Shown here: positions 46,983 through 58,050 of the stretch, one piece after another | Numbering within the stretch: the first letter of the stretch is position 1 | How the letters are laid out: each line of letters opens with the position of its first letter | NCBI GenBank assembly: GCA_946965045.2 | Contig: OX337242.1 | Location: 2,294,001-2,358,000 of the forward strand | Direction: 5' to 3' | DNA length: 64,000 bases | Origin: Epithemia pelagica | Taxonomy: Eukaryota > Protista > Bacillariophyta | Translations under genes and position numbers: made by a program | The notes under the pieces: model-generated | The model's input: only the letters and a program-made list of their open reading frames with translations | Told to the model about the DNA's origin: nothing | The model's database searches: none

Positions 46983-48662
46983 AACCAAGCAACGAGAGAC
47001 ATGCACTGGATACGACAATTCAGCAGCCATGCAACGCGAGGATCCCATGGTTACTGCGCACGCGCAATGTCGGAGGCAGGTCCGAGAAAACAGAAGCCAT
47101 TTCACCAAACGTACTTCTGGACCCACGTTTCTGGTCTGCAGTTTGCAATCAATGGACATACAAATAGCATAAAGACAATGGGGTTTTCATTATGGCTTGC
47201 TACTACGGACGACACAAGTCATAGCTCATAACGAAAACCAATCACACAAGCCTGAACTATATTATCCAGGCGACGAGGCAACTGCAAGATCCAAATGATG
47301 ATGGAGAGCACTTTTTTTCCGTCGGCGACAACAAATAGAGAACGAGAAACAGCATGTCGCACATGCACCGGATATAATAAGTACAATCCAGCAGCCGAGC
47401 AACGCGAGCATCCCATGGTGACAGCGCAAGTCGGAGGCAGGTCCGGGAAACCATTTCCCCAAACACGAACCGGAACCACGTTTGTCTGCAGTTTCCAATC
47501 AATCTACCAGAGACATGCGCAGGGACAGTGTCCTGTGGGATAAACAGGTACAAATGGCTCCAAGAGACATTGTGGCTGTCATTATGGCTAGGGCAAATAC
47601 GGACGACAAAAGTACTACCTAGCCCGAAACGAAAACCAATCACACAAGTCTGAACCATATCATCAAAGCAACGATGCCAATGCAAGATCCCCGGAAGCTG
47701 ATAGAGAGCACTTCCTTCAGTCGGATTGAAAGTCATCGATTCACCATTGCGGGGAGACAAGTTTTATCTGCACATGGATATCCCTTTCGACAACACCGGG
47801 CGTTGTCGGAGGATACAGAAAATGTGGAAAGACAACTTTTTGGCATGCCGCCGGGCGCGATTGGATAGTCGCGCTTCGTCATGGGTCGTGGTCTTGTTTC
47901 GTTTTGGTCGGTCGCGAGTGAGACCCGAACACTGCAGAGGTCACGGCACTCTCCATGCGACATGAAAGTTTGTCACAGTAATCGACCCATTACTGACGTG
48001 TGAAGATTGGATTGGCTTATTGCAGTCGCCGTACTGTCCATTTGAAGTCGCTCCAAGATATGCGCGCGAGAAGATCTTAGAATGCAAAATCGTGACTACT
48101 CGAATCCAGCATACAGAAAAAAAGGACCCCCTCTCTCTCTCTTCGTCTCTCCCCGAGACAGACTCCCACATTTTTGTCTAACAAAAAAAAGGCGACGTCT
48201 ATCATACAATGGACTTGAAGTATCATGCTTGACTCTTGGGACAACCAACAATCGTCCCATCCATCCTTCGATTAGATACGAAACGGGTTGTTGATTCAAC
48301 AGCCGTCGCAGCCAAAGTGCTTTTCTGTAACAGCACTGACTGAGAAATTGGAGTTTCTGTTTTGACGAATCAAGCACGCACATCCCGTTTGCGTTTGCTA
48401 CGTTTGAGAGTGAAGAAAAGCCAAACACACCCGAACGTTAAATCACTGCTTGCCATCACGATAGTCACATCTATTTACAAAACCAAGTATAGAGACCTCG
48501 GACTCTACCTCAGCGATTGACACACCAACTCTCCCCCAGACCTGTGAACTTTCTCCTCTCTCCATTGATTCTCATTGAACGAAACCTTATCACAGAATGA
48601 AGACTTTGGGTGTGACTCCGAAACAAGTTGGAGAGGACGACACACTTTTATTGTCGTCCGCC

Positions 48663-50069
48663 ATGGACTCGCAATTGGATTTGACTGCCTCTTCGTCATC
48701 CGAACTCTTTGTCGCTTCTCGATCGGAATTTCAACAAGTGGTGCAAAAGTACTAGGCCATTTTGGATATACCTCGCAACGAGTCGGATGGTACCTTGAAT
48801 GAAGCCGAAGCCTTGGCACGCATTGAAGACCTGTTTGATCCTGACTTTGTCCGTCATAGTGAAGGTGATACGGACGCCAATTTGTGTGATTTCAAGGCCG
48901 AATTGTTGCAATTGGGTGGCTATCCGACTTTGCACTTCAAATTGTTTCGATACAAACAAGTGGCGGCCGGCAGTATGGATTATTATTTGCGCTTTTCGAC
49001 GCAAGACAAGCAATTTGTCATCAAGGGTCTGGCCTACTTTCGCAAGGCTCGCATTTACAAGACCGAAGTCACACGGACGGCCTACGATAAAGTGTCGGGA
49101 CAAAAATCTGCCACCCAAGAAACGCCCCTCACCCGAGACCGGACCGAACGACAATTTGGGTGTCGCATTTACGAATTGCCGTCCATGGTTCATGGACAAT
49201 TGTTGGGGGTCGGTGGTAACATGTTGCCCGTCGAAGAAAAGTATGAACTCTTGCGCATCTTTTTGGTCTACGATAACAAACAACATCCAAATGACAATGA
49301 CAGTGGTGTTCGCAATAGCAGTGGTGGTGGTGGTGGTTGGAACAAAATGTTGAATTTCTGGCGAGACCAGTATTCGTTGCGACTGGTGGACAGTAAAGAT
49401 CAACCTTACGCCAAGGGTGCCAGTATTACCTTTTCGCGACGTGCCTGTGGATCTCGACGCATGATTTTGTGGAACGATCGTAAGGAACCTCTGGCCTTGG
49501 CCTATCGACACAAGAAGCATGGATTTTGGAGTATTTGTGGGACACGGCCCTTGATTCCCGGTCCTCATCACTATTCGGAACCCAAATTAGAAGATGTGGG
49601 AGAGTCCAATATCGTGGCCTTTTATCCCTGGTTCCGCATCAAGTTGGTCCACACGTCGGCCGGACGGTTGTACTTTGTCGAAGTTCTTACGTTTGATGTG
49701 GAGGGGACCGAACGAGATGAGTCGTCGTCTGCGGAAACAATGACAGCGACACCCAACGAGGAGCATGACAGTCCTACCACCAAAGTGACTCCCAACGCCA
49801 CGACCACGACGGCCCGTGTCGACTTTGAACCGATTTACAAAGTGACGGAAACCCGTGACAGTCAGGAACGGATTGTGACCATTTGTGATTATTACAAGTC
49901 CAAGGATCATTTGGGTATTGTCAAATCCAGTTACAATCCACATCGTCGACTCACACAACTTATTCACAAAGAAAAAGAAGCGAGGCGCGTTCAAGTCGAT
50001 GTCGCTCCGGGAGTGGATCCGGCCTTGATTCTGTGTATTGCCTCGTGTTTGGAAATGATGGAACTCTAG
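48663..50069 (+). pseudogene. Hypothetical protein with a Tubby-C/LURP-one-like C-terminus; in-frame TAG at codon 31
   Basis: ATG at 48663 is in frame with the 435-codon ORF but separated by TAG at 48753-48755. The C-terminus VQVDVAPGVDPALILCIASC resembles the Tubby-C/LOR terminal helix. Confidence 0.55.
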
Positions 50070-50511
50070 TAGTCTCCTCTGAGTACAGTGGACCAAAAAT
50101 CAAACGTACGCCGCCACAGGCTACAAGGTTGCTTTGTCTCCTCTCCCAGTTCTAAACCCCATTCAATCATGAAGCATGTTTGCTGCTTCGAACACAGTAG
50201 CAAATTGAGCAATTCACACGACCAACATGCTCTTTTGCATGTCTGTGATACGTTTAACGTTTCCCCCAACGAGTAAATTGAGTTGTCCATAGGGACTTAA
50301 AATGAAATGGCCTCACACATTTCGGGATCTGTTGGACACCTTGGGATCTGTTGGAGAGGAAGAAATCCTAACTGAAGCAGTATACCCTCTAGACAAGCGT
50401 GGATATCGCCCTTTGCACAGTATACACGGATAATGTTAGTAGTCGCCTCAGAGGGGATCATTCCCCTTGACCGGAAACTTTGTCACCGAGATTACTCTTC
50501 CTCCAAGGCCT

Positions 50512-51961
50512 CTATCTCTTCCTTTCGTATAGTGTAGACAATCGTAGAGAATGAGAGACACATCGTTTGGTCGGCCGGCTCCCAAACCAAAAATACCTAC
50601 GGTAGAATAAGGAGGAAAAAAACGAGATAGATGACTTTATCTTATGCCATGAGCAGTGTTCTATTCGTAGTGGGGCCTTCTCGAGAGCAATCATACGAGC
50701 AAAACATGCACTGTTCTTGTCCACAAGAGGAAGGGTTTCAATCGCATCTCCTGATCTCCAGCATGAAATTGTTGCAATGCCCTTCGAAATGGCAACCGCG
50801 CTATGGTGTCGCGGTCCAATTCCCTGCTCTGGGAGCTGCCATACCAGGTTCCGTTGTGTGTCCAAAACCTCCACAGAACGCATGTCTTCAGCACCTTCTC
50901 CTCCAACCACAATGAGACAAGATCCCACTCGGACCACACCATGGCTATGTCGACTGGTGCCAAGAACAAGATCCTTGTGAAACTTCCAGGATTTGTTGGT
51001 GAACGGAGATGTTGCGGTTGCATTTTGGGTTCCTTCGTTTTTGCTCCAGTCATCAAATTCCAGGTACTCCACAGAGTTCATGTACTCGAGCTCTTCGCCA
51101 CCCATTCCGCCTACCACAAAGACACGTTGACCAACCACACCCATTCCAAAGTTTCGTCGAGCGGCATTTAAGGATGGTCTGGATATAATGACGCATTGAC
51201 TTTCGGAGGACTGTGTGTCTAGAATATCGACCGGTGCCAGAGACGTCATGCCAGGATTTCCACCCACCACAGATGCCAGAGACGTGCCAGGATTTCCACC
51301 CGCCACAACAATGAATCGGTCTTGTACCGCGACTGCGGCACACCCACCTCTTCCGCTGGACAAACGACACTCTAAAGTCATCCATTGTTTCGTTTCATTG
51401 TCCATGCAGGATGGACAAAATAAATCGTCAATGTCAATCCTTTCAATCGTATCATAACCAGCACCAATATATTCAGAATATTGTCCACCAATGGCGTACA
51501 GAGCGCCATGACATACCACGGCTGCAAAGAACCGTCGGTCTTCGTTCATGGGTAAAGCTTTTCGCCAGGCCATTGTATCCTGGTCGACATTCAACCAAAA
51601 AAACCGCATTGGAGGAAAGAAATTCATCCTCCCACGGACACATCATGTGGGCAGAAGGATTCGGATAAGAATAGCCGCCCAATACGACCAAGATCAGTCC
51701 TTGATTCTTGTCGGGGTGATGGAGTACGACCGATGCATGTCCTTCGTCCAACTCGAATGGCATGGGAGGCCATGGAGCTGTCTGCCAGTTTGGTTCTCCT
51801 CCTTCTTCTTCTCCTTGCGTGGCGCTATGGTTCGTACAAAACGTCAGTCCGGACAACTGCGCTTGTTCGTGTACGTTGTTCCCATGGTCTTTTGCTGCTT
51901 CGTGTTCTGAGTTCTGAGGGCACCCGTCGGCAATAACAAAAAACCAAGATACTTCGAACAA
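50512..51961 (-). pseudogene. Kelch-repeat protein with a frameshift in a T7 run (A7 at 51597-51603); start unresolved
   Basis: Kelch blades LVVLGG, LYAIGG, IVVAGG, VFVVGG and LIVVGG are split over two frames that join as SSNAVF|WLNVDQD if one T is removed. No clear in-frame ATG at the 5' end. Confidence 0.7.
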
Positions 51962-52138
51962 GCAATCTCACAAAACAAAACCAATCTTTTTCTAAAACAA
52001 ACAAAAAACCATGGTGAACGTCTACCTCTATGATTATCTCAAGGGTTTTACGGAACAACGTTTCCCCCCTACGACTATACGACACAAACCTCGGCAAGCA
52101 TTGTTGGCTCTCTCTTGTCCATTGCCAGTTTGATGGTC

Positions 52139-52314
52139 ATGAGTGCCACTGGCATCTACATGGCCCAGCAGTTGAACCAACCCTCCGTTGCCTTTCACTT
52201 GACCAAGAACCATGACATGTCCACTTATGAGTGCCCCTGGCATCTACATGGCCCAGCAGTTGAACCAACCCTCCGTTGCCTTTCACTTGACCAAGAACCA
52301 TGACATGTCCACTT
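52139..52314 (+). repeat. 88-bp tandem duplication (2 copies, 1 mismatch)
   Basis: Units start at 52139 and 52227; GCCACTGG vs GCCCCTGG. Confidence 0.95.
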
Positions 52315-52526
52315 GTCATGCTCATGATCCTGTCTTTGCCTCCCTCGTCTGCTATGTCGAAAATACCGTGTGTTTCTTTCCCAATGTCTTGTACACGGAA
52401 AATACCACGGCCCGATTCTTTGATGACTGTAACAAGCATGTGTTGGAGAATCCACCGTCTTCAGAAGATGAACAAGTTGGCGGAGCTCTCTGGACCTTGC
52501 TTCCCTATTATTTTACCATTTATGGT

Positions 52527-52582
52527 GCCACGTTGGGTTGGGTCTTTGAACTTGGCCACGTTGGGTTGGGTCTTTGAACTTG
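52527..52582 (+). repeat. 28-bp perfect tandem duplication
   Basis: GCCACGTTGGGTTGGGTCTTTGAACTTG at 52527 and 52555. Confidence 0.95.
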
Positions 52583-55500
52583 GCTTGTTGTTGACAGGTC
52601 ATGCCTTTGATCAGTCGCTCAATCGCTTTACTTCCTACATCAGTCGCTTGCGAGTCCTCAACATTGGCCCCGTTGTGGCGTCGCTCTTCTTTTATGCCAC
52701 GGCACTCATGATCCCTGCAAGTGATGTGCCCTTTCTCAAGTTCTTGATGTACACTGCCATTTTCATGGTCACGGCCCTGTCAATTGGCCTATATTGGGGT
52801 GGATTCCGTGTTTTGGGTGGTATGGATATGCTTCCTCTCGTGTTGTTGGGCATTCAAGTGGGCGAATTTGTCTTTGTGGTACGTAGACAATAGTGTGTGG
52901 AAACACGGACCGGAAGCTGCTGTCAGTAACGTCTCACCTTTGTGACTGTTCTTTTCTATTTCCCAGATGACTCGTGATCCTGTGGCTGGTGGAAATGCTG
53001 TCAAGTATACCTTGGCATTGGCACCTGTCTTTCAGTTCATGGCGTTTTTGCAAGGAACGGCCACTCCCATCAAAAGCTTTTATTTTCACACGTTGAGCAC
53101 CATAGGAGCCGTTTGCCTATACCTGGCCCTCATGTTGGCTGGAAACAGTGACGACACGGTGGCAATGGCAGTGCAAGACGCCATTCTCTCCAAGGAACCC
53201 TATCAACGCCAATGGCCCTGTGTCTTGGCCACCATCGCCGTCGCGGTAGTTACAGTGTTCAAGACCTTCCCACTCTTGCACCAATTGTTTCGCTCTGAAA
53301 TCAGTTATGTTGTCTGGTCTCTAATGTACTTTGTCTTGGTTGGCAATCCGACCCCACCAGCACCACCTCAACCATTGAGTCAAGTCTATAGCAATGGAGC
53401 ACCGAAGCAAGTCACCATGCAGCCCTATTCCGAATCCCATCCGTACCAAGTGGCTGCCAACATGGCTGTTCCGGCCATTGCTGACGGTCTTCCAGAGACA
53501 GACACAGTTAATGGAGGAAGTCTTGTGCAACTCGTCACAAAACTGTTTGGTGTGATTGCCAAGCTCGACCGTTTCTTTCCTCAAGCCAATGTTGACACAC
53601 CCCTGGATTACAAAGTCCGTATGGGCGTCACGGAAGATGGTCAAGAACGGTACCCCTCCAACTTGTTCTCCCTTCCCATCCTCGACTTTCCGGCAATGGG
53701 CAAGACATTGCAATATGCTCCCCAGCCAGCCGTGGATAGTTTCAAGGACGGCCAATACCTGGCCTATCTCGCCCAGTATGGTATTGGTAATACTTTTTTG
53801 AAACGTGCCAAGGAAACGACCACTTATCCCTTCTTTGAGCTCGTTACCTCCGACAGCAATCATCATGGCAAACACGGACATGAGAATGATACTCTTGGAT
53901 TGGTGATTGACTTTCGTCACCTGGAAGAATATGAAGAAAAGGAGTATTATGAACCATATGGAGGAATTGCCTACTTTGTCGTCAACAAGAACAAAAACTT
54001 GGAACTCAAATGGGTTGTGGCTCCTCGTACCGAATACAAGACTGCGGTCCAAAAGAAGGCTGCCGTCTTTCGCCGGGCGGAAGCCATGATCGTGTCTTCT
54101 CTTTACTTTTCCGTTGTTGCTGGAAAGCACTTGGCGGAAATCCACATGACGTAAGTTGCATTTTTGTGTTCGACAAAACTTCCCAAAGGATCCTGAAACT
54201 CACTTTTGATTCTTTTTCCAGTTACAACTTGTTGGAAGTTGCCAACATCAACATGTTTGATTATGCTCTAAATTTGGGCATGGGCACCAATGCAAAGGGT
54301 GGATTGAATGATTTCAACGGTCACCCGCTTCGTGTCATGCTGTACATTCACTTGTTTGCTCATGGCTTGGCCGAAGAACTCACTACAGAACATTTGGTTC
54401 AGGAAAACGCGGTATTTTCTCAAGTGTTTGCTCTGAAATACGATGCCCTCACTGACTACTTGACAGGAGTGTACAACCGCTTCACGTACGCGTCTGATGA
54501 AGATTTTGAGGAACGCAAAAAGGTGAATGAATTGATCAAAGGAAATCCCGACTATACCTCGAAGAAAGCGGCACCACCAGTACACAATCAATTGGAATGG
54601 GAATTGGAATATTATGACATCTTCAAATCCTATTCTCAGGAAATCTTGACTGCGGTCTATCAGGGCAGTGATGAGAATGTGAAGAACGACGAGGCACTGC
54701 AGAAATACTATCAAGCGTTGGAGGGTATTTTCCACGAGTTGCCAGCTCGTTACGAAAAGTTCCAAACCCTCAAGGGCCTCGTTACGTTTGCTGCCGACTC
54801 CATCAATCATTTGGTGATTCGTCATCAGTTTTACGGGACCACGGCTATTGCCTCTGCCATGGATCCCAGGTTGGGAAGTACACAGACTTGTAAGGATGGT
54901 GGTCCTCCCGCCGTGGACGAATGGCGTTCTTTGGCCTATGTGGCTTTGGCCACAGCCTATGCCAATTTTGTTCATTTGTTGTATGAACCGACGGATTACC
55001 CCAACGCAAATCCCAACGCCCAGCCCCCTCTCCTCAATGTCTTCGATGATGCGACTCCTGTGCCACTCGTCTCTGCTGGTGGTGACAAGGCCCTGTCCCA
55101 ACCGAAATTGGTCAATACCATGAAAGAGGCGTGGGAATCCATACAGACTAAATTGTCCAATCTTCAAACCAAGTGGACTGACGGCGGATTGTTGAAAGAT
55201 ACAGTTATGGAACCCGACCAGTACAACTATCGACAAGATGTCAATTACATGTATTTCCGTCCCTTGCCTCGTGACATTCACACCGGTCCAGGATATTGAG
55301 AAGAAATGATAACATAGACGCTTTATAAGGGTCTTAGTAACGATCTTTGTCTTAAACGCCTCCCTTCTGGTAGGCTCACAAGAGGTGTAATTTCTGCTGT
55401 GAGGAGTCATGCGTCCGTCTTGACTGAGAGCATGGAGGCACATGACTCTCAAACACGACAGTCTTTGTCTCGACGTGGAAACCATTAAATTCATCAAACA

Positions 55501-55920
55501 ATCCAAGACGATTGCACATTTTTCAGTTGGTGACAGGATCGTACCATTCACAATCTCCACAAATGGGTAGCATTTGGGTGCTTCTGTCAACCCTACCTTT
55601 GGAGCATCAAGAATTCTTTTACGCAAACCCTTTCTCGACCCCATTCTGTGCCGAGATTATGGAAATAGATTGTGCCGCTGTCTCGCCTAGAGCTCTGCGC
55701 GATTTCTTGTCCAGGGTTCCTTTTCTTCAATCCTACATCCTGTCTTGCTGCTCAATACTCTTTTGCCGAGACCAAGATTCTCATGTTGACTTGTGTGACA
55801 CGTCCAAGGCTGTGCCCTGGGTTTGTTGGTCGACAATTCTACATCCAGTTCTTCTTCTCGAAAGTCTGTTGTACAGTTTGGCCCTCCGTCACTGAAACTA
55901 GTCAAAATTGGCGGAGACTA

Positions 55921-58050
55921 TTACGGATTGGGACGGAGCTCGTCCAGAACTTGCAGGAGCACATGTCGCATCAGTTCCGGATCGGCATTGCCTTGACAGT
56001 CGGCCATGACCTTTCCTGAAAAGTAGCGCAGCAATTTCACTTGCGGTTTGCCTCCTCGATGATATTGCTGCAATTTATCAGGAGGTTCGTGTTCGACCAC
56101 GCGTCGACACATGGCTCGCAAGGTGTCGGGATCGGAAATGAGCTTCCAATTCCGTTCGTGGGCTACCTCGGCAGGGATTCGACCTTGTTCGCTCTTATAC
56201 AAGAGTTGCAACATGGTTTGAGCCATAAAGTTGGACAGCGTCCCATTCAACACCAAGGCAACTGTTTGTCCCAATTGATCTGCCGAAACGGTCGAGTCTT
56301 GAATTGATGTGGTCGTTTCCATCGTCTCTTCTTCGGAAGAGGATATCGTTTTCCCCAGAGTGCTGTGTTCTTTCACCAAAGCAAACAGGTTATTGATCAT
56401 GAGATTGGCCGTCAAGGTTGCCGCACGGCCTACGGTTCCAGCTGGTTTCTTGGTAGGATCAACATCCTCTTCTTTTGTCTCGGTTTGTGTCGCAACGGCA
56501 ATCGCCTGATCCAAAAAGGCAATGGCGGGAAGATCACTCGTAATAACACTGGCTTGATACTCTGTGAGGCCATAGGTTTGCTGCAGTCGTGAGATTGCTT
56601 CCGAGGGTAGCTCTGGCATGTGCGTTTGCAAAAAGGTGGTGAGATCCATTCCATCCAATATTGGATTGGTGGGTCGAGTGTCGTTGTCGTCATTGTCATT
56701 ATGTTTCGGTGTTGCAGAGGTTTCCAAAATGACGGGAGGCAAATCCGGTTCAGGTAAGAAGCGATAATCTTCTTCCCCATCCTTGATTCGAATCAATTCC
56801 GTGGCTCGAACACTAGGATTCCACATTCGAGTTTCCGAAGCTGGAGGAGGAGGTTTGTCGGCAGTTCGTTCACGGGACACTCCTTGATTTTCACAGTGGT
56901 GTGTCGACTTGCCATCCTCTGGTTCGGTTTCGTCCCACACCTGTGCCTGTCGGAGTGCTTCGTACTCGACAGCCTCTCGCACATGACGAATCGAACTGAG
57001 ATTCTTGACTTCAACACGAGGGCTTCGTCGTCGTTGTGTAGTTGTAGAAGAGCTACTCCCAGTGTCGTCATGGTCCACTCCTACATCCACTTGTTCCAGG
57101 TTGATATTGACATCACAGCGAAAACTACTTTCTTCCATCCGTCCATCGCAGACACCTACATGTTTCAACAATTGTCGCACCGTTTCGGTGACACCGGCTG
57201 CCTCGAGGGGAGTTCTCAAATCGGGTGCCAAGACAAGTTCCATCAAGGCTTGACCCGCTCGATTAAAGTCGACACACGACCAGGAGGTGGTTGTCACCGT
57301 GGTCTCGGGTACTACATTCGTGTCGTCATTGTCGATGCCGTTGGGTGGTATCGCATGTGTTTGGTTCTGTACCATGGTTTTTCCAGTATCTTGTTCGATT
57401 TGAATCCGGTGAACCCGACACGTCACCTCGCGTCGTTTTGCAGTCGAGGACTTTTTCGTGCCCTTTTTCTTGGTGGTGGGCAACTCAATGGTTGCCTGGA
57501 TCTGTCCATTGACGGCCAAGGGCCACCGTTGTTGCGTAATTTGATAGTGACTCGGGAGGTCAGCATAGGTGTAATGTTTGCGTTCAAACCGTGACGTATT
57601 CTGAATGTCACAGTCAAACAAGGCGGCCGCCAAGACGGCCTTTTGAACGGCCTGCTTGGAAAGAACGGGCAAATATCCAGGAATGGCCACATCTAATGGA
57701 TGTAACAAAGCTGGTCCTGTTCGTGGTGGTCTCGGAATGGCCGAATTGGGACGATGCAAATTGGAGGAATAGCCGCTGGAGGTTGTGACGGCTGCGGTCG
57801 AACGGGCGGGGGAAAAGAGCTTGGTGGGAATCTCCAATTGCGCATGAATTTCCAATCCGACAATAATTTGAAATCGGGGTGGGAGGTTCGGATGACGATG
57901 CAACCGACCCGTCACGTCGTCCACGTGATAGGAACTGACTTGTCGCAACCGACTCAGGCTCATGGGAGGAGAAGAAGACGAGTGATGAACCAGTTTGTGG
58001 AGGAAGGCAACGACAGAATTTCCCCTAGAACCATAATATGTAACGGTCAT
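55921..58050 (-). CDS. gatB: Glu/Asp-tRNA amidotransferase subunit B (organellar GatB/PET112), about 709 aa
   Basis: VGLEIHAQL..TKLFS, PGYLPVL, FERKHYTYADLP..YQITQ, IQIEQDTGK, DFNRAG..LMELV, RCDVNINL, EVKNL, RIKDGEEDYRFLPEPDLPP. N-terminal extension; first ATG at 58050. Confidence 0.96.
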   Translation of the reverse strand: MTVTYYGSRGNSVVAFLHKLVHHSSSSPPMSLSRLRQVSSYHVDDVTGRLHRHPNLPPRFQIIVGLEIHAQLEIPTKLFSPARSTAAVTTSSGYSSNLHRPNSAIPRPPRTGPALLHPLDVAIPGYLPVLSKQAVQKAVLAAALFDCDIQNTSRFERKHYTYADLPSHYQITQQRWPLAVNGQIQATIELPTTKKKGTKKSSTAKRREVTCRVHRIQIEQDTGKTMVQNQTHAIPPNGIDNDDTNVVPETTVTTTSWSCVDFNRAGQALMELVLAPDLRTPLEAAGVTETVRQLLKHVGVCDGRMEESSFRCDVNINLEQVDVGVDHDDTGSSSSTTTQRRRSPRVEVKNLSSIRHVREAVEYEALRQAQVWDETEPEDGKSTHHCENQGVSRERTADKPPPPASETRMWNPSVRATELIRIKDGEEDYRFLPEPDLPPVILETSATPKHNDNDDNDTRPTNPILDGMDLTTFLQTHMPELPSEAISRLQQTYGLTEYQASVITSDLPAIAFLDQAIAVATQTETKEEDVDPTKKPAGTVGRAATLTANLMINNLFALVKEHSTLGKTISSSEEETMETTTSIQDSTVSADQLGQTVALVLNGTLSNFMAQTMLQLLYKSEQGRIPAEVAHERNWKLISDPDTLRAMCRRVVEHEPPDKLQQYHRGGKPQVKLLRYFSGKVMADCQGNADPELMRHVLLQVLDELRPNP

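Larger units (their letters stand above)
11870..48116 (+). repeat. Tandem segmental amplification, 5,643-bp period, 4 full units plus a 1,883-bp partial unit
   Basis: Units start at 11870, 17513, 23156, 40591 and 46234 (CACAACAAGAAAGC). Homology ends at 48116 (equivalent to 13752). The unit-3 offset is fully explained by the two insertions: 5643+3403+8389. Only scattered SNPs were seen between units. Confidence 0.97.
52011..55299 (+). pseudogene. Lipoxygenase-like protein with a multi-pass membrane N-terminus; exon 1 disrupted
   Basis: Exons 52011-52878, 52967-54150, 54222-55299 (GT-AG). LOX-like KHLAEIHMT (H-x4-H), HPLRVMLYIHLF, SINHLVIRHQFYG, C-terminal YMYFRP. Exon 1 has a C6 frameshift (52064-52069) and 88-bp and 28-bp tandem duplications; repairing these gives a 1,004-aa ORF. 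Confidence 0.7.

Noticed and set aside
11870-48116. Array as a pure assembly artefact
   Set aside because: Units carry private SNPs and unit 3 has two insertions with correct TSDs, which duplicated reads would not create. The exact copy number still needs read-depth confirmation.
50512-51961. Kelch gene as the RAG2-like partner of the RAG1-like transposase
   Set aside because: It is separated from the transposase by the LOX-like gene and gatB, is on the same strand rather than convergent, and lacks a PHD; it looks like an ordinary host Kelch gene.
54268-55644. 458-aa minus-strand ORF (likewise 53321-54145 and 48696-49571)
   Set aside because: Antisense shadows of plus-strand genes that have clear motifs and splice sites.
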